Origin: a virus
Lineage: Duplodnaviria > Caudoviricetes
Strand: one strand, 5' to 3'
IMG/VR virus record: IMGVR_UViG_3300020577_008200
Location: 1-64,000 of that record
DNA: 64,000 bases
Part shown: positions 37,767 through 46,243 of the stretch, one piece after another
How positions within the stretch are numbered: position 1 is the first letter of the stretch
How the letters are laid out: each line of letters opens with the position of its first letter
Notes under the pieces: model-generated
Seen by the model: only the letters and a program-made list of their open reading frames with translations
What the model was told of the DNA's origin: nothing
Database searches by the model: none
Made by a program: the position numbers and the translations under genes

Positions 37767-39794
37767 CTATTCCCCATTTATCTCTCCTGTTTCAAGTAAT
37801 TCTTGCACACCCATAATTTTATCTAAACAGCCCAAACTTAGAATGTCAAATTTAACTAATCCCATCGCTTCTAAATCATTCATTTCCAAACCAGCAATCA
37901 TCAGATTATCAGATTTTTTATCGTAGACCATTGGGCAAACTTCAGCTAAAGTTTCCGGCGAAATTATTATACCGGAAGCATGGGTGCCTTGAGAACGTTT
38001 AGTTCCTTCTAGTCTAATAGCTTGTTCAAATAGTTTGGCTAGTGGCCCGTCCAAACTTCCATCTTCTTTCATAACACACCACTGACTTAGCTCTTTAGCA
38101 TTATTTTCTAAAGCCCAACCAATGATACTAGCTTCACCAGTTTCTTCTCTCATTAACTGCAATTGGTCTATAATTTCAGCTTCTTGTGGAATACATTCTG
38201 TAATTCTATTCATTTCCTCAAAACTACAAGCTTCATGAACTCGAAGCACATCTTTTAAAGCTCCTCTACCTTGCATACGGCTGAAGGTAATCATTTCAGC
38301 TACTTTGTCTGAACCCCATTTTTTTCTAACATATTCTTTAACTTGAGGACGTTTCATAATAGGAAAATCAGAATCAATGTCTGGTAAAGCTATTCTACCA
38401 GGAGAGTTTCTACCGGAATTGTAAAAACGTTCCCAGAGTAAACCATACTTAATTGGGTCTACCACTTTATCAGTGATACCAATTAAAGAAGAAACCATAC
38501 TTCCACTACCAGACCCGCGACCGGGAGACATTAAACAGCCTAAATCTTTTTTAGCGTAAGAACAATAATCTTGAACAATTAAAAAATAAGTTGCTAAGAA
38601 ACCTTCAGTAGATTTAATAACGTCTAATTCTTTTTTAACTCTATCTCCATATTCTTTATGTTGTTCTTTGGGTATATCTTTAACTATAATATCTTTCCAG
38701 CCTTTAATAACTAACTCTCTTAAATATTCATCCGGAGACATTTCTTTAGGACAGGGAAATTTAGGTAAAGAAGGTTTATTAAAGATATCATACTCTTCGC
38801 ACATTTCAGCTATATTGAGAGTATTTTGAATTTCATTAGCTTCGTACAGACCTTCTAATTCTGTGTATTCCGGAACATGATAATTATTAGATTTGAAGAA
38901 ACGTCCTAAATTAACATTATCTTCCTGACTTAGCTTATCTTTAACTTTAGAAAGAGTAGTTTCCATATTATTACAGATAATTACTCTTTGGTCAATAGCA
39001 TCTTCCTTAGAAGAGTAATGACTATTAGCAGATGCTACGCAGTTAGCACCAGTCTTTTTAGAGAGATATCTCATAGCATCAGCTAGAATTTTAGTCGCTG
39101 GTAGATTCTTACTATCTAATAGTTCTACCGTAAGATAAAAATTCTCTTTACCAAATATATCTTGGTATTTTCCAATTAACTCTATAGAATTTTTAATCCA
39201 ATTTTCATCTACTAGCATTTTAGCTTCATCATAACTTTTAGCTTCGTAGGTGTATTTAGATTTTTCTCCAAAGATTGTATTAGCTATATCGGAGCCTAAG
39301 TGCCCGCTAAATGCAATTAAATCTTGATAGCCGTTAAATTTTCCTAAATCTAGGCGAGGTTTTTTATAAAAATTATTTGGGTTATTAGATTTTGAAGTTA
39401 AAGAAATGAGAGATTTCCAACCATTTTTATTTTTGGCTAGAACACACATATTAGAAGTTTTAACATTATCTTTGTCTTGGATTTGAGACGGCTTTGTCGA
39501 GAGGGAAAATTCGCAACCAATAATGGGTTTAATTGGATTTTTCTTGTATTCCATACAACCATTATTAACACGACATTTTCCTTTACCGCTTTCATGCTCA
39601 TTCTTCTGTCTTCCACAGGCGCAAGCCTCTTTCATAGCTTTCATGAAAGGGACGACTGAGGCCACATTAGCATATTCGGTAATGGCTGCCGATTTGTAAC
39701 CTAGTTTGACTGTACGCTCGGCAATAGCTGATGGCTTGCTTAGACCAATTTGTAGTGAGTAGTGAGAGTGGCAATGGAGATTAACAAAGTTCAT
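37767..39794 (-). CDS. dnaE: DNA polymerase III alpha, N-terminal fragment (PHP + palm/thumb)
   Basis: LHCHSHYS, PIIGCE, PGRGSGSGSMV, LLWERF, LPDIDSDF, GTHASGII, LVKFDILSL; ends shortly after the third catalytic Asp. Confidence 0.95.
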   Translation of the reverse strand: MNFVNLHCHSHYSLQIGLSKPSAIAERTVKLGYKSAAITEYANVASVVPFMKAMKEACACGRQKNEHESGKGKCRVNNGCMEYKKNPIKPIIGCEFSLSTKPSQIQDKDNVKTSNMCVLAKNKNGWKSLISLTSKSNNPNNFYKKPRLDLGKFNGYQDLIAFSGHLGSDIANTIFGEKSKYTYEAKSYDEAKMLVDENWIKNSIELIGKYQDIFGKENFYLTVELLDSKNLPATKILADAMRYLSKKTGANCVASANSHYSSKEDAIDQRVIICNNMETTLSKVKDKLSQEDNVNLGRFFKSNNYHVPEYTELEGLYEANEIQNTLNIAEMCEEYDIFNKPSLPKFPCPKEMSPDEYLRELVIKGWKDIIVKDIPKEQHKEYGDRVKKELDVIKSTEGFLATYFLIVQDYCSYAKKDLGCLMSPGRGSGSGSMVSSLIGITDKVVDPIKYGLLWERFYNSGRNSPGRIALPDIDSDFPIMKRPQVKEYVRKKWGSDKVAEMITFSRMQGRGALKDVLRVHEACSFEEMNRITECIPQEAEIIDQLQLMREETGEASIIGWALENNAKELSQWCVMKEDGSLDGPLAKLFEQAIRLEGTKRSQGTHASGIIISPETLAEVCPMVYDKKSDNLMIAGLEMNDLEAMGLVKFDILSLGCLDKIMGVQELLETGEINGE

Positions 39795-39804
39795 TAATAT
39801 TCTC

Positions 39805-39960
39805 TCACTTATATAACAAATTCACACATGAAAAACATTGACATTTAGTTTTCTTACTACATTTTTGGCAAACGAAGCAGTGATTACCATTATGAGTAAT
39901 TCGGATGTAGTAGTGGTAGCAAAAGAACTTTTTCCAAAAGTTCATAAAAGTTTTAAACAT
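39805..39960 (-). CDS. 51-aa Cys-rich protein (not in ORF track)
   Basis: MFKTFMNFWKKFFCYHYYIRITHNGNHCFVCQKCSKKTKCQCFSCVNLLYK; TAATG-coupled to upstream ORF. Confidence 0.55.
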   Translation of the reverse strand: MFKTFMNFWKKFFCYHYYIRITHNGNHCFVCQKCSKKTKCQCFSCVNLLYK

Positions 39961-40130
39961 TATTCTTCCTCACACTCCGGACAACACATAGTCCCACCAT
40001 CTTCATCATCGTACACCCAACCGTTTCCTTGACACATATCACAGTAACATTCATTAGCGACTTCGTCGCTATTCTCTATATCTATTTTGTCGTCTTTATC
40101 ATCGTCCATTGCTAGTGCTACTTCTGGCAT
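39960..40130 (-). CDS. Small acidic Zn-finger protein (not in ORF track)
   Basis: ...ECYCDMCQGNGWVYDDEDGGTMCCPECEEE, DnaJ-type CxxCxGxG motif. Confidence 0.65.
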   Translation of the reverse strand: MPEVALAMDDDKDDKIDIENSDEVANECYCDMCQGNGWVYDDEDGGTMCCPECEEE

Positions 40131-40588
40131 TGTAATTCTCCTCTTATCTTCATAATAAGTTTTCCTAAATTATTCTTTCCTACTCCAATTGGACATTGTC
40201 CCCACCACACATCATGCCACTGGTTGCCCTCTATAATCTCTACATTACCAGTATCAATTAGTTTTTTATGTAGTTTTGGATTTAACTCTTTAGAATATTT
40301 TTGGCGAAGACAATATTCCATTACTGTAAGTTTAATATCTTCCCAATCTTCTCTAATATCTTTTTTACGATTTTTATAAAAACGTTTAGCTTCCGTAGGA
40401 GTCCCACGAGATATCATATCTCGAAAAACCATATTTTTAGTTTTGGCGGCTTGGTAAGCATGTTCCACAGTTGGGTATTTATTATAGTCTGGTGAAGGTA
40501 GCTCTATAGGAGTTTCACAGTCATGAAAATTTGATAGCCAAGAATGCTCACCACGAAATTTGATGATATTTCCTAGTTCATCAGTCAT
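40118..40588 (-). CDS. NADAR (YbiA-like) family protein
   Basis: WLSNFH, YPTVEHAYQAAK, WEDIKLTVM...LRQK, LIDTG...IIEGN.W.D.WWG, G.N.LGKLIMKIR. Confidence 0.9.
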   Translation of the reverse strand: MTDELGNIIKFRGEHSWLSNFHDCETPIELPSPDYNKYPTVEHAYQAAKTKNMVFRDMISRGTPTEAKRFYKNRKKDIREDWEDIKLTVMEYCLRQKYSKELNPKLHKKLIDTGNVEIIEGNQWHDVWWGQCPIGVGKNNLGKLIMKIRGELQCQK

Positions 40589-40804
40589 TTATAAATTCTC
40601 AACTTTCTGGGGTATTAAATTACACATTTCAAAACGAGGTAATTCCGGTTCCGAAACTAACTTTGGCCCATCTATATCTCGCCATCTTAAGTAGCCATTA
40701 TATAGTGTAGCTCGGTCAAAGTCAACAAAATTCTGTTCATCTTCGTTCCAAAATTTTTTGTCGTCAAAATAGGCGGAAAGTTTAAAGTAAAATTTTTTGT
40801 ACAC
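40589..40804 (-). CDS. Hypothetical protein
   Basis: 71 aa, tightly packed. Confidence 0.55.
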   Translation of the reverse strand: MYKKFYFKLSAYFDDKKFWNEDEQNFVDFDRATLYNGYLRWRDIDGPKLVSEPELPRFEMCNLIPQKVENL

Positions 40805-41047
40805 TTAGAATCCTTCATTTAATACTTTAGTTATAAATCTTTTTTCATGTTCATTCCAAGCTTCAAGAATAAATTCATCGCAGGTATTTTTTAGAGTAAT
40901 CTCCCCATACCATTTGAAAGCATCAGAATTTTCATCTCTCATTAATTGATTATAAGTTTCCGCTGTAATTACACAAACCTTATCTTTTTTATCACCTTCT
41001 AAGAATTTAATTGTATGGTATTTCATTAATATTTTCCCCAAGTACAA
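40805..41047 (-). CDS. Hypothetical protein (probable paralog of 41026-41286)
   Basis: Shares T...Y.......F.W.GE.TL motif with neighbour. Confidence 0.55.
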   Translation of the reverse strand: MYLGKILMKYHTIKFLEGDKKDKVCVITAETYNQLMRDENSDAFKWYGEITLKNTCDEFILEAWNEHEKRFITKVLNEGF

Positions 41048-41286
41048 TTTGTTAAAAGAATTGGACTTTGGACAGTTTTTGTCTCATTCATCCTTATTTC
41101 ATCTTCCGTTTCATATACTTCATTTATTACTTCGGTTGTTAAGGTAACTTCACCTTTCCAAAGAAATGTATGATAACCTTCTTGTGGTTCACCATTAACA
41201 TAAGAATAGTATTGCTTTTCGGTTAAAGCTAAGTATTCCGGGGTGTCATTTTTAGTACAAGCAAATTCTACTAAGTTAAATTTCAT
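41026..41286 (-). CDS. Hypothetical protein (probable paralog of 40805-41047)
   Basis: LTEKQYY...FLWKGEVTL; AGGAGA RBS. Confidence 0.6.
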   Translation of the reverse strand: MKFNLVEFACTKNDTPEYLALTEKQYYSYVNGEPQEGYHTFLWKGEVTLTTEVINEVYETEDEIRMNETKTVQSPILLTNCTWGKY

Positions 41287-41290
41287 AGTT

Positions 41291-41401
41291 CTATCTCCTA
41301 TTCATATACTCATTAATGACAGCTTTTTGAAGTATATATTTTGCTAGACCAGCCGTGACTTGTTCCAAGTCTTTATCTGAAAGTTCATCCTGATTATTCA
41401 T
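41291..41401 (-). CDS. 36-aa peptide with double-glycine-type leader (not in ORF track)
   Basis: MNNQDELSDKDLEQVTAG-LAKYILQKAVINEYMNRR; AGGA RBS; exactly fills the gap between two genes. Confidence 0.7.
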   Translation of the reverse strand: MNNQDELSDKDLEQVTAGLAKYILQKAVINEYMNRR

Positions 41402-41403
41402 AT

Positions 41404-42495
41404 TTATCCTAAATGCTCAATAGTTAATTGGGACCAGCTCTCAAATTGCTCTACATGCTCTAGAAGCCAATCATAATCGAACCAGCTTCCTTTGTCAAGA
41501 GCTTCGTCATGAAAATTCAAAATTGAATCGCAATTGACTTCAATTAAGTGTATTACTCCAAAATGCACTCGTCCCACAGCGTTAGAATTATCGTAAATTA
41601 AGCCGAGAACTTTATTGTCAATAGAATATTTTTCACCCGTGTTTCCATTAATTCCATTTAAATCAAAATCTACTTCTTCTTTAAGTTCTCTAATCATTCC
41701 CGCCTCATAAGAAGCTCCCGGCTCACCATCGCATGGATTTAAATGTCCACCCACTCCTAAACTATATTTATCATGTAGCCGTGATTCTCCACCCTTCTTA
41801 GTTCTCTTATAGACTAAGAAATTTTTACCACATTTAAAAACACAGTAAGGGATTAATTGAAGAAAATTTTCATTCGTCTCCGCTTCATCTCTATCCATAT
41901 AAGTTAGAGAAGAAAGGAAGATTGGATTTTGCAGGAAAGGCACCCCATCACAAAAAGACTCAGAGGGAGAGGAAGGTGGATAAGGCAACTGGCTTGATGA
42001 GCCTTCGGAGTTTTGTTGTGGGCGATTGCCTTCTCTGCTTATATTTGTCGTACAAACTCCGGTGAAGGCACCAAGTTTTTCAAACACGCTGCGGGGAAAC
42101 ACAAGAACTTTCTCTTTTTCTGGCATATCATTTATCTCTTTAAGTTTATTGGAAAATTTTTCTACTATTTTTCTAGGTAAGATAGATTCGTTAGTTAACC
42201 ACGCCGGTACATAATCTTTTGCATCTTGTAATAATATTCCTCCTGTTGCCGGTGGAGTTTGATACTGTTGGCTTTTATAGATAATCCGAATTGGTTCACC
42301 TTCCATATTAACCTCTGGTATTGGATACGGATATTGATTCGGAATACTGTGTCCGTATTCTTCTTCTTTAGCTTTAAGAAGTCTCTTAAATTCTTTCATT
42401 ACTTCCGAGTTTTCATTCTTCTTCGGCTCTTTTGAAGAATATTTTGAAGGAACGTGTTTTTGAAAAGCATCTATCGCCTCTTTAGGCCAACACAT
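41404..42495 (-). CDS. Nudix-family phosphoesterase (COG4112/YmaB-like) with N-terminal extension
   Basis: R.EAE.NENF.QLIPY, VY.R...GGESRLH..YSLGVGGH.N, RELKEE, VGRVHFG, ESWSQ. Confidence 0.85.
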   Translation of the reverse strand: MCWPKEAIDAFQKHVPSKYSSKEPKKNENSEVMKEFKRLLKAKEEEYGHSIPNQYPYPIPEVNMEGEPIRIIYKSQQYQTPPATGGILLQDAKDYVPAWLTNESILPRKIVEKFSNKLKEINDMPEKEKVLVFPRSVFEKLGAFTGVCTTNISREGNRPQQNSEGSSSQLPYPPSSPSESFCDGVPFLQNPIFLSSLTYMDRDEAETNENFLQLIPYCVFKCGKNFLVYKRTKKGGESRLHDKYSLGVGGHLNPCDGEPGASYEAGMIRELKEEVDFDLNGINGNTGEKYSIDNKVLGLIYDNSNAVGRVHFGVIHLIEVNCDSILNFHDEALDKGSWFDYDWLLEHVEQFESWSQLTIEHLG

Positions 42496-42697
42496 AAGCT
42501 TCGCTTTCTAAAAAGTCTGCAAGTTTATTTCTAGCTTGGTCTAATAAATTTACAGTTTCGGTTAACGTTATATGGCACCCTAAAGCTTCTACCATAGCAA
42601 TACATTTTCTAATTTCATTTTCTTCTTTAGTAGTTTCATTTAAGTCTTGCCGTCTATTCCAGCCATATTTACTTAATTTTGGTAATGGTTTTCTCAT
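42482..42697 (-). CDS. Hypothetical protein
   Basis: 71 aa helical ORF with RBS. Confidence 0.6.
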   Translation of the reverse strand: MRKPLPKLSKYGWNRRQDLNETTKEENEIRKCIAMVEALGCHITLTETVNLLDQARNKLADFLESEAYVLA

Positions 42698-42888
42698 TTA
42701 TTCCTTATTAATTTTCTCTAATAATCTATCTGTTAACATTCTCATTCCTATATCGTTCATTCTCTTAATCATTAGTTTAAATTCTATTTCATCCCAAACT
42801 AATTGACGAAGCTTTCTAGCAGATTCTTCAGTAGTCATATATCTTTCCAGTTTCGTTTATAAGCAAACATTGGAATATAATTATTCAT

Positions 42889-43353
42889 TTATTTAACCAT
42901 AAATACATAAGCTAAGTTAATATAAAGTTGACTCGCCTCATCTTCAGAAATGTTATATGTTCTGCTATGAATAGTAGTTTCATCATCCAAACCTTCTTCA
43001 TTAATCCATTTTTTACCTTCAACTACAGCTAAATTAATATTTTTCATCTTAAAATTTTTAATAAAGAAATAGTAACCTTTGTCTGTTTTGTGCCAGTACA
43101 ACTTAGTTCCTTTTAAATTAGGAAGTCCGCAAAATAAATTGGCATTACACTCTTCTAGTTTCCAATCTCTTTGTCTTAGTTTATTTTTTAAAGCTGCTTC
43201 GACCTCTTTTTGAGTTCTTAAAAAGAAATTTTCTTTTTCTGTTAAGAGTTCTCCATCAAAAACTACTTCTTTTTTAATTTCTTTAGGTTTACTAGTACAA
43301 CTGCAACCAAATAAACTTCCTAGCCCTAATAAAGCGAAGCCTCTTCTATCCAT
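42889..43353 (-). CDS. Putative Tat-exported lipoprotein (likely start MDRR at 43353)
   Basis: MDRRGFALLGLGSLFGC: RRxF twin-arginine motif, hydrophobic stretch, lipobox-like Cys; GGAG RBS. Confidence 0.6.
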   Translation of the reverse strand: MDRRGFALLGLGSLFGCSCTSKPKEIKKEVVFDGELLTEKENFFLRTQKEVEAALKNKLRQRDWKLEECNANLFCGLPNLKGTKLYWHKTDKGYYFFIKNFKMKNINLAVVEGKKWINEEGLDDETTIHSRTYNISEDEASQLYINLAYVFMVK

Positions 43354-43858
43354 TATTATTTCTCCATGTTTCAAACCAATAATTATCTTGATTTACATTA
43401 GTGTCGTAGACACACATTTCTAACTCTAAACTTTGATTCATGCACCAATATTTAAAGAGTTCTAATTCTTTATATTCTCTAAGTGTACATATCATTTTTC
43501 CACTTTTAACATTACGACTCATTGGCCAAATAGGAGGCATAATTTCTAATGGGAACAAAGGTGGGAAGTGAGACTCAACATAAACTGTGTCTTTTAAATA
43601 CTGTTCGTACCACGGACATTCAATTTTCACTCGTGTTACATTACAAGGTAAGAGTTGATTTACAAGTTTATCTACATATTTTTTACAACTGAGATAGTTC
43701 TCACTTTGGTGAACTATCGAAGTCATATGTTCGGTTGTAATAATTTCTTTTTTTGGATTTAGAAGTTCTATTTCAATAGTTTTTATTCCAAGTTGTCTTC
43801 CGACTTCGTGGATATATTTATTGCCGGTAATATGAATCTCAAAAATTTCCATTAGCAC
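43346..43858 (-). CDS. Hypothetical protein
   Basis: 170 aa; FEIHIT...RVKIE...YVESH pattern. Confidence 0.6.
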   Translation of the reverse strand: MLMEIFEIHITGNKYIHEVGRQLGIKTIEIELLNPKKEIITTEHMTSIVHQSENYLSCKKYVDKLVNQLLPCNVTRVKIECPWYEQYLKDTVYVESHFPPLFPLEIMPPIWPMSRNVKSGKMICTLREYKELELFKYWCMNQSLELEMCVYDTNVNQDNYWFETWRNNNG

Positions 43859-44064
43859 GCTCCAACAATAACTTTTCCATTATTTACTCCGTAGTTCCAC
43901 AATAAATTCAGCTATTTCTTTAGCTGTACTTGCCAACATTTTTCTTGGAGGATTTATTAATGTGTTCCGAAATATTCTAATTAAATCTATTTCTTTTATC
44001 TTTTTTTGATTATCCATTAACGCAATTCTTTTCATTAATTCTGTCATTTTATCTGGCTTTCTTC

Positions 44065-44093
44065 ATTTTACATGTGTAAATATACTTTGTCAA
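44065..44093 (-). promoter_or_regulatory. Sigma70-type promoter
   Basis: TTGACA (44093-44088), 17-nt spacer, TAAAAT (44070-44065), pointing toward the small-gene block and dnaE-N. Confidence 0.8.
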
Positions 44094-44116
44094 CCTATTT
44101 TTTTGGAGATTTTCAA

Positions 44117-44806
44117 ATGTTTGATTTTACTAATATTTATCATTGTTATATACTGGGTTTACTTTGGGGTGATGGTTATGTTTGTAAATATAAACATAGA
44201 AATAATTATTATAGTTTAAGATTAGAAACAGAAAAACAAGACTCTATTCAATATGAAGAAATTTTTAATTTAGCTAATATCCATTATAGTAAAAATTCTA
44301 GGTCTAGACCAAATAGAAAAGAACAGCAGACCATAAATATTTCTTCTACTGAAATTTTTAATTTTGTAACTAAATATAAGATGGATGAAAAATCTTTTAT
44401 TTCTCCAGATTTAATGTTATTAGAAATACCTATTGAAAATCATCATTATTGGTTTAGAGGTTTCTTTGATGCTGACGGCTGTTTATATTCTAAAGGAAGC
44501 TGTACGCAACTATATTTTTCTGGTTCTTACACTCAAGACTGGAATTTTATTGAGATTATGTATAAAAATCTTAATATTAATTATAAAATCCAAAGAATAG
44601 AAGGGTCGAAAAGTAGCTATTCTTGCATTAGATTAACTAATAGATTAAATATTACTAAAACTTTAAACTATCTTTATAATGGAATCATGTTTGGATTGAG
44701 CAGAAAACATAATAAGTTTTTAAATCTACTAGAGAAACCACACCATAATCCATATAAGAAAATTAATATTGAAGAAATGAATAATTTAATAAAGACTATG
44801 AATTAA
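44117..44806 (+). CDS. Free-standing LAGLIDADG homing endonuclease (antisense to neighbours)
   Basis: YILGLLWGDG and YWFRGFFDADG motifs; GGAG RBS before ATG 44117. Confidence 0.9.
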   Translation: MFDFTNIYHCYILGLLWGDGYVCKYKHRNNYYSLRLETEKQDSIQYEEIFNLANIHYSKNSRSRPNRKEQQTINISSTEIFNFVTKYKMDEKSFISPDLMLLEIPIENHHYWFRGFFDADGCLYSKGSCTQLYFSGSYTQDWNFIEIMYKNLNINYKIQRIEGSKSSYSCIRLTNRLNITKTLNYLYNGIMFGLSRKHNKFLNLLEKPHHNPYKKINIEEMNNLIKTMN

Positions 44807-45504
44807 ATTTCAATCACTGTAACTTCTTTCTTATATGGCTTATATGATGCGTCTAAATAAGACGCATTTACTATTATTGTAGAGCCACGTTTATATACTC
44901 CTCTTCCTTCATGCACATGGCCGCATACATACAACTTAGGTCGTATTTCTTCAATCTTTTTTAACATGGAGGGTGAACCTACATGTTCTACTTCTGGATA
45001 TTTCTCTTCATTTTGCCAAGTTCTAGGATAAACTGAATCCCCATAACCGTATGCTGGCCCGTGACACACAATTACATCAGTATCTTTGGGAATTAGTTCC
45101 CATTTTTTAGCTAAATCAGGTTCATCTAAATTGAAGGCCCAATTATAAAATGTTAATTGGTGAGGAGTTCCCCAGATTTTAATACCATCTATGGTAATAG
45201 AACTATCCTGTAAATAGTATATCTCGTGAGGTTTAGTAAGCATCGGATTTCTTAGGTAACTAAAATCTAATCCCTTTTCCAAAACCCAATCGTGGTTCCC
45301 GCCGATAAATATGATAGCTCTGTATTTACTTTCTAGTTTTTTGAGATATGGCATAAACATATGATGTATCCATTGTTGTTGAAAACTAATAGAATGGTCA
45401 TAAGTTGGGCAAATATCGCCTGAGTGGAGTAAAATGTCTCCATCTGGTAAGTCAGTAGGAAGAAACCCGTGGGTATCACTAATGCAAACGAATTTGGTAG
45501 TCAT
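44803..45504 (-). CDS. Calcineurin-like metallophosphoesterase (MPPED-like)
   Basis: CISDTHG, LLHSGD, GGNHD, VCHGP, CGHVHEG, NAS. Confidence 0.9.
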   Translation of the reverse strand: MTTKFVCISDTHGFLPTDLPDGDILLHSGDICPTYDHSISFQQQWIHHMFMPYLKKLESKYRAIIFIGGNHDWVLEKGLDFSYLRNPMLTKPHEIYYLQDSSITIDGIKIWGTPHQLTFYNWAFNLDEPDLAKKWELIPKDTDVIVCHGPAYGYGDSVYPRTWQNEEKYPEVEHVGSPSMLKKIEEIRPKLYVCGHVHEGRGVYKRGSTIIVNASYLDASYKPYKKEVTVIEI

Positions 45505-45525
45505 TGTATTCCTTGATAGTGAGCG

Positions 45526-45930
45526 TTAGCGAACTATCTCCCCTTCTGGGGAAATAATTCTATAAACTGTCCCTGGGTCTCGATGTTCTTCCACATATTT
45601 TTTAGCCTGTTGAAAGGTTCCAAATTCTAGATTTCCATCGTGTCCAGAGTAATCTGGAATGAAATTTGGGCCTTCATCTTGAAGTTCATAAAGAATTCGG
45701 AAACTATTTCCAGTAGCGTAACCTAAACTTGGGGCAAATTTATTTTTTAACCAAAATTGCCCAGTTCTGACCATTCCACTATCGTTAGCTAAAATTTTAG
45801 GCATCCCTTTGTTTTCTATAGGAAAACTTAATAGCTCTTTTAATTCATCCAATTGTTCTTGTAATGAAGCTAATTCGTTTTCTAAACGTTCTTTTAGAGC
45901 TAGTAAATACTTTTTGTACTTATCGTTCAT
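45526..45930 (-). CDS. Hypothetical protein
   Basis: 134 aa, N-terminal coiled coil. Confidence 0.6.
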   Translation of the reverse strand: MNDKYKKYLLALKERLENELASLQEQLDELKELLSFPIENKGMPKILANDSGMVRTGQFWLKNKFAPSLGYATGNSFRILYELQDEGPNFIPDYSGHDGNLEFGTFQQAKKYVEEHRDPGTVYRIISPEGEIVR

Positions 45931-45943
45931 TTAAACTCCAATC

Positions 45944-46243
45944 TTAGTTTTGACCATATAAACGTTTCCTTAATTCTTCCTTATCTATAGGTAACCAGCC
46001 AGCATAAGAAGAATTAAACTTCATTGCAATAATTCTCACTTTACCACCTAGTCTATTAAAACGGGCTTCATGTTTTTCCGCATCTTCTAAGCTATGCATA
46101 TCAAAACTAATTTCTTCTCCATGTTGGTCTATTCCCTCAACACACCAAATAAATTCTGGAAAGTTTTTAGTGAATTTAGACTTATTTTCCTTCATTAGCT
46201 CTTCCCGCACCATAACCATAAGCATCGAATGATGATTTAGCAC
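45944..46243 (-). CDS. Hypothetical protein (true start probably internal)
   Basis: ORF overlaps upstream nuclease stop. Confidence 0.5.
   Translation of the reverse strand: MLNHHSMLMVMVREELMKENKSKFTKNFPEFIWCVEGIDQHGEEISFDMHSLEDAEKHEARFNRLGGKVRIIAMKFNSSYAGWLPIDKEELRKRLYGQN

Noticed and set aside
24768-39794. Split (trans-splicing) intein joining the dnaE fragments
   Set aside because: No intein N-terminal block after KFDILSL, no C-terminal HN/C motif at the start of the other pieces, and the FNASH site is uninterrupted.
39838-40032. 64-aa plus-strand ORF from the track
   Set aside because: Antisense shadow of two better-supported coupled minus-strand micro-ORFs.
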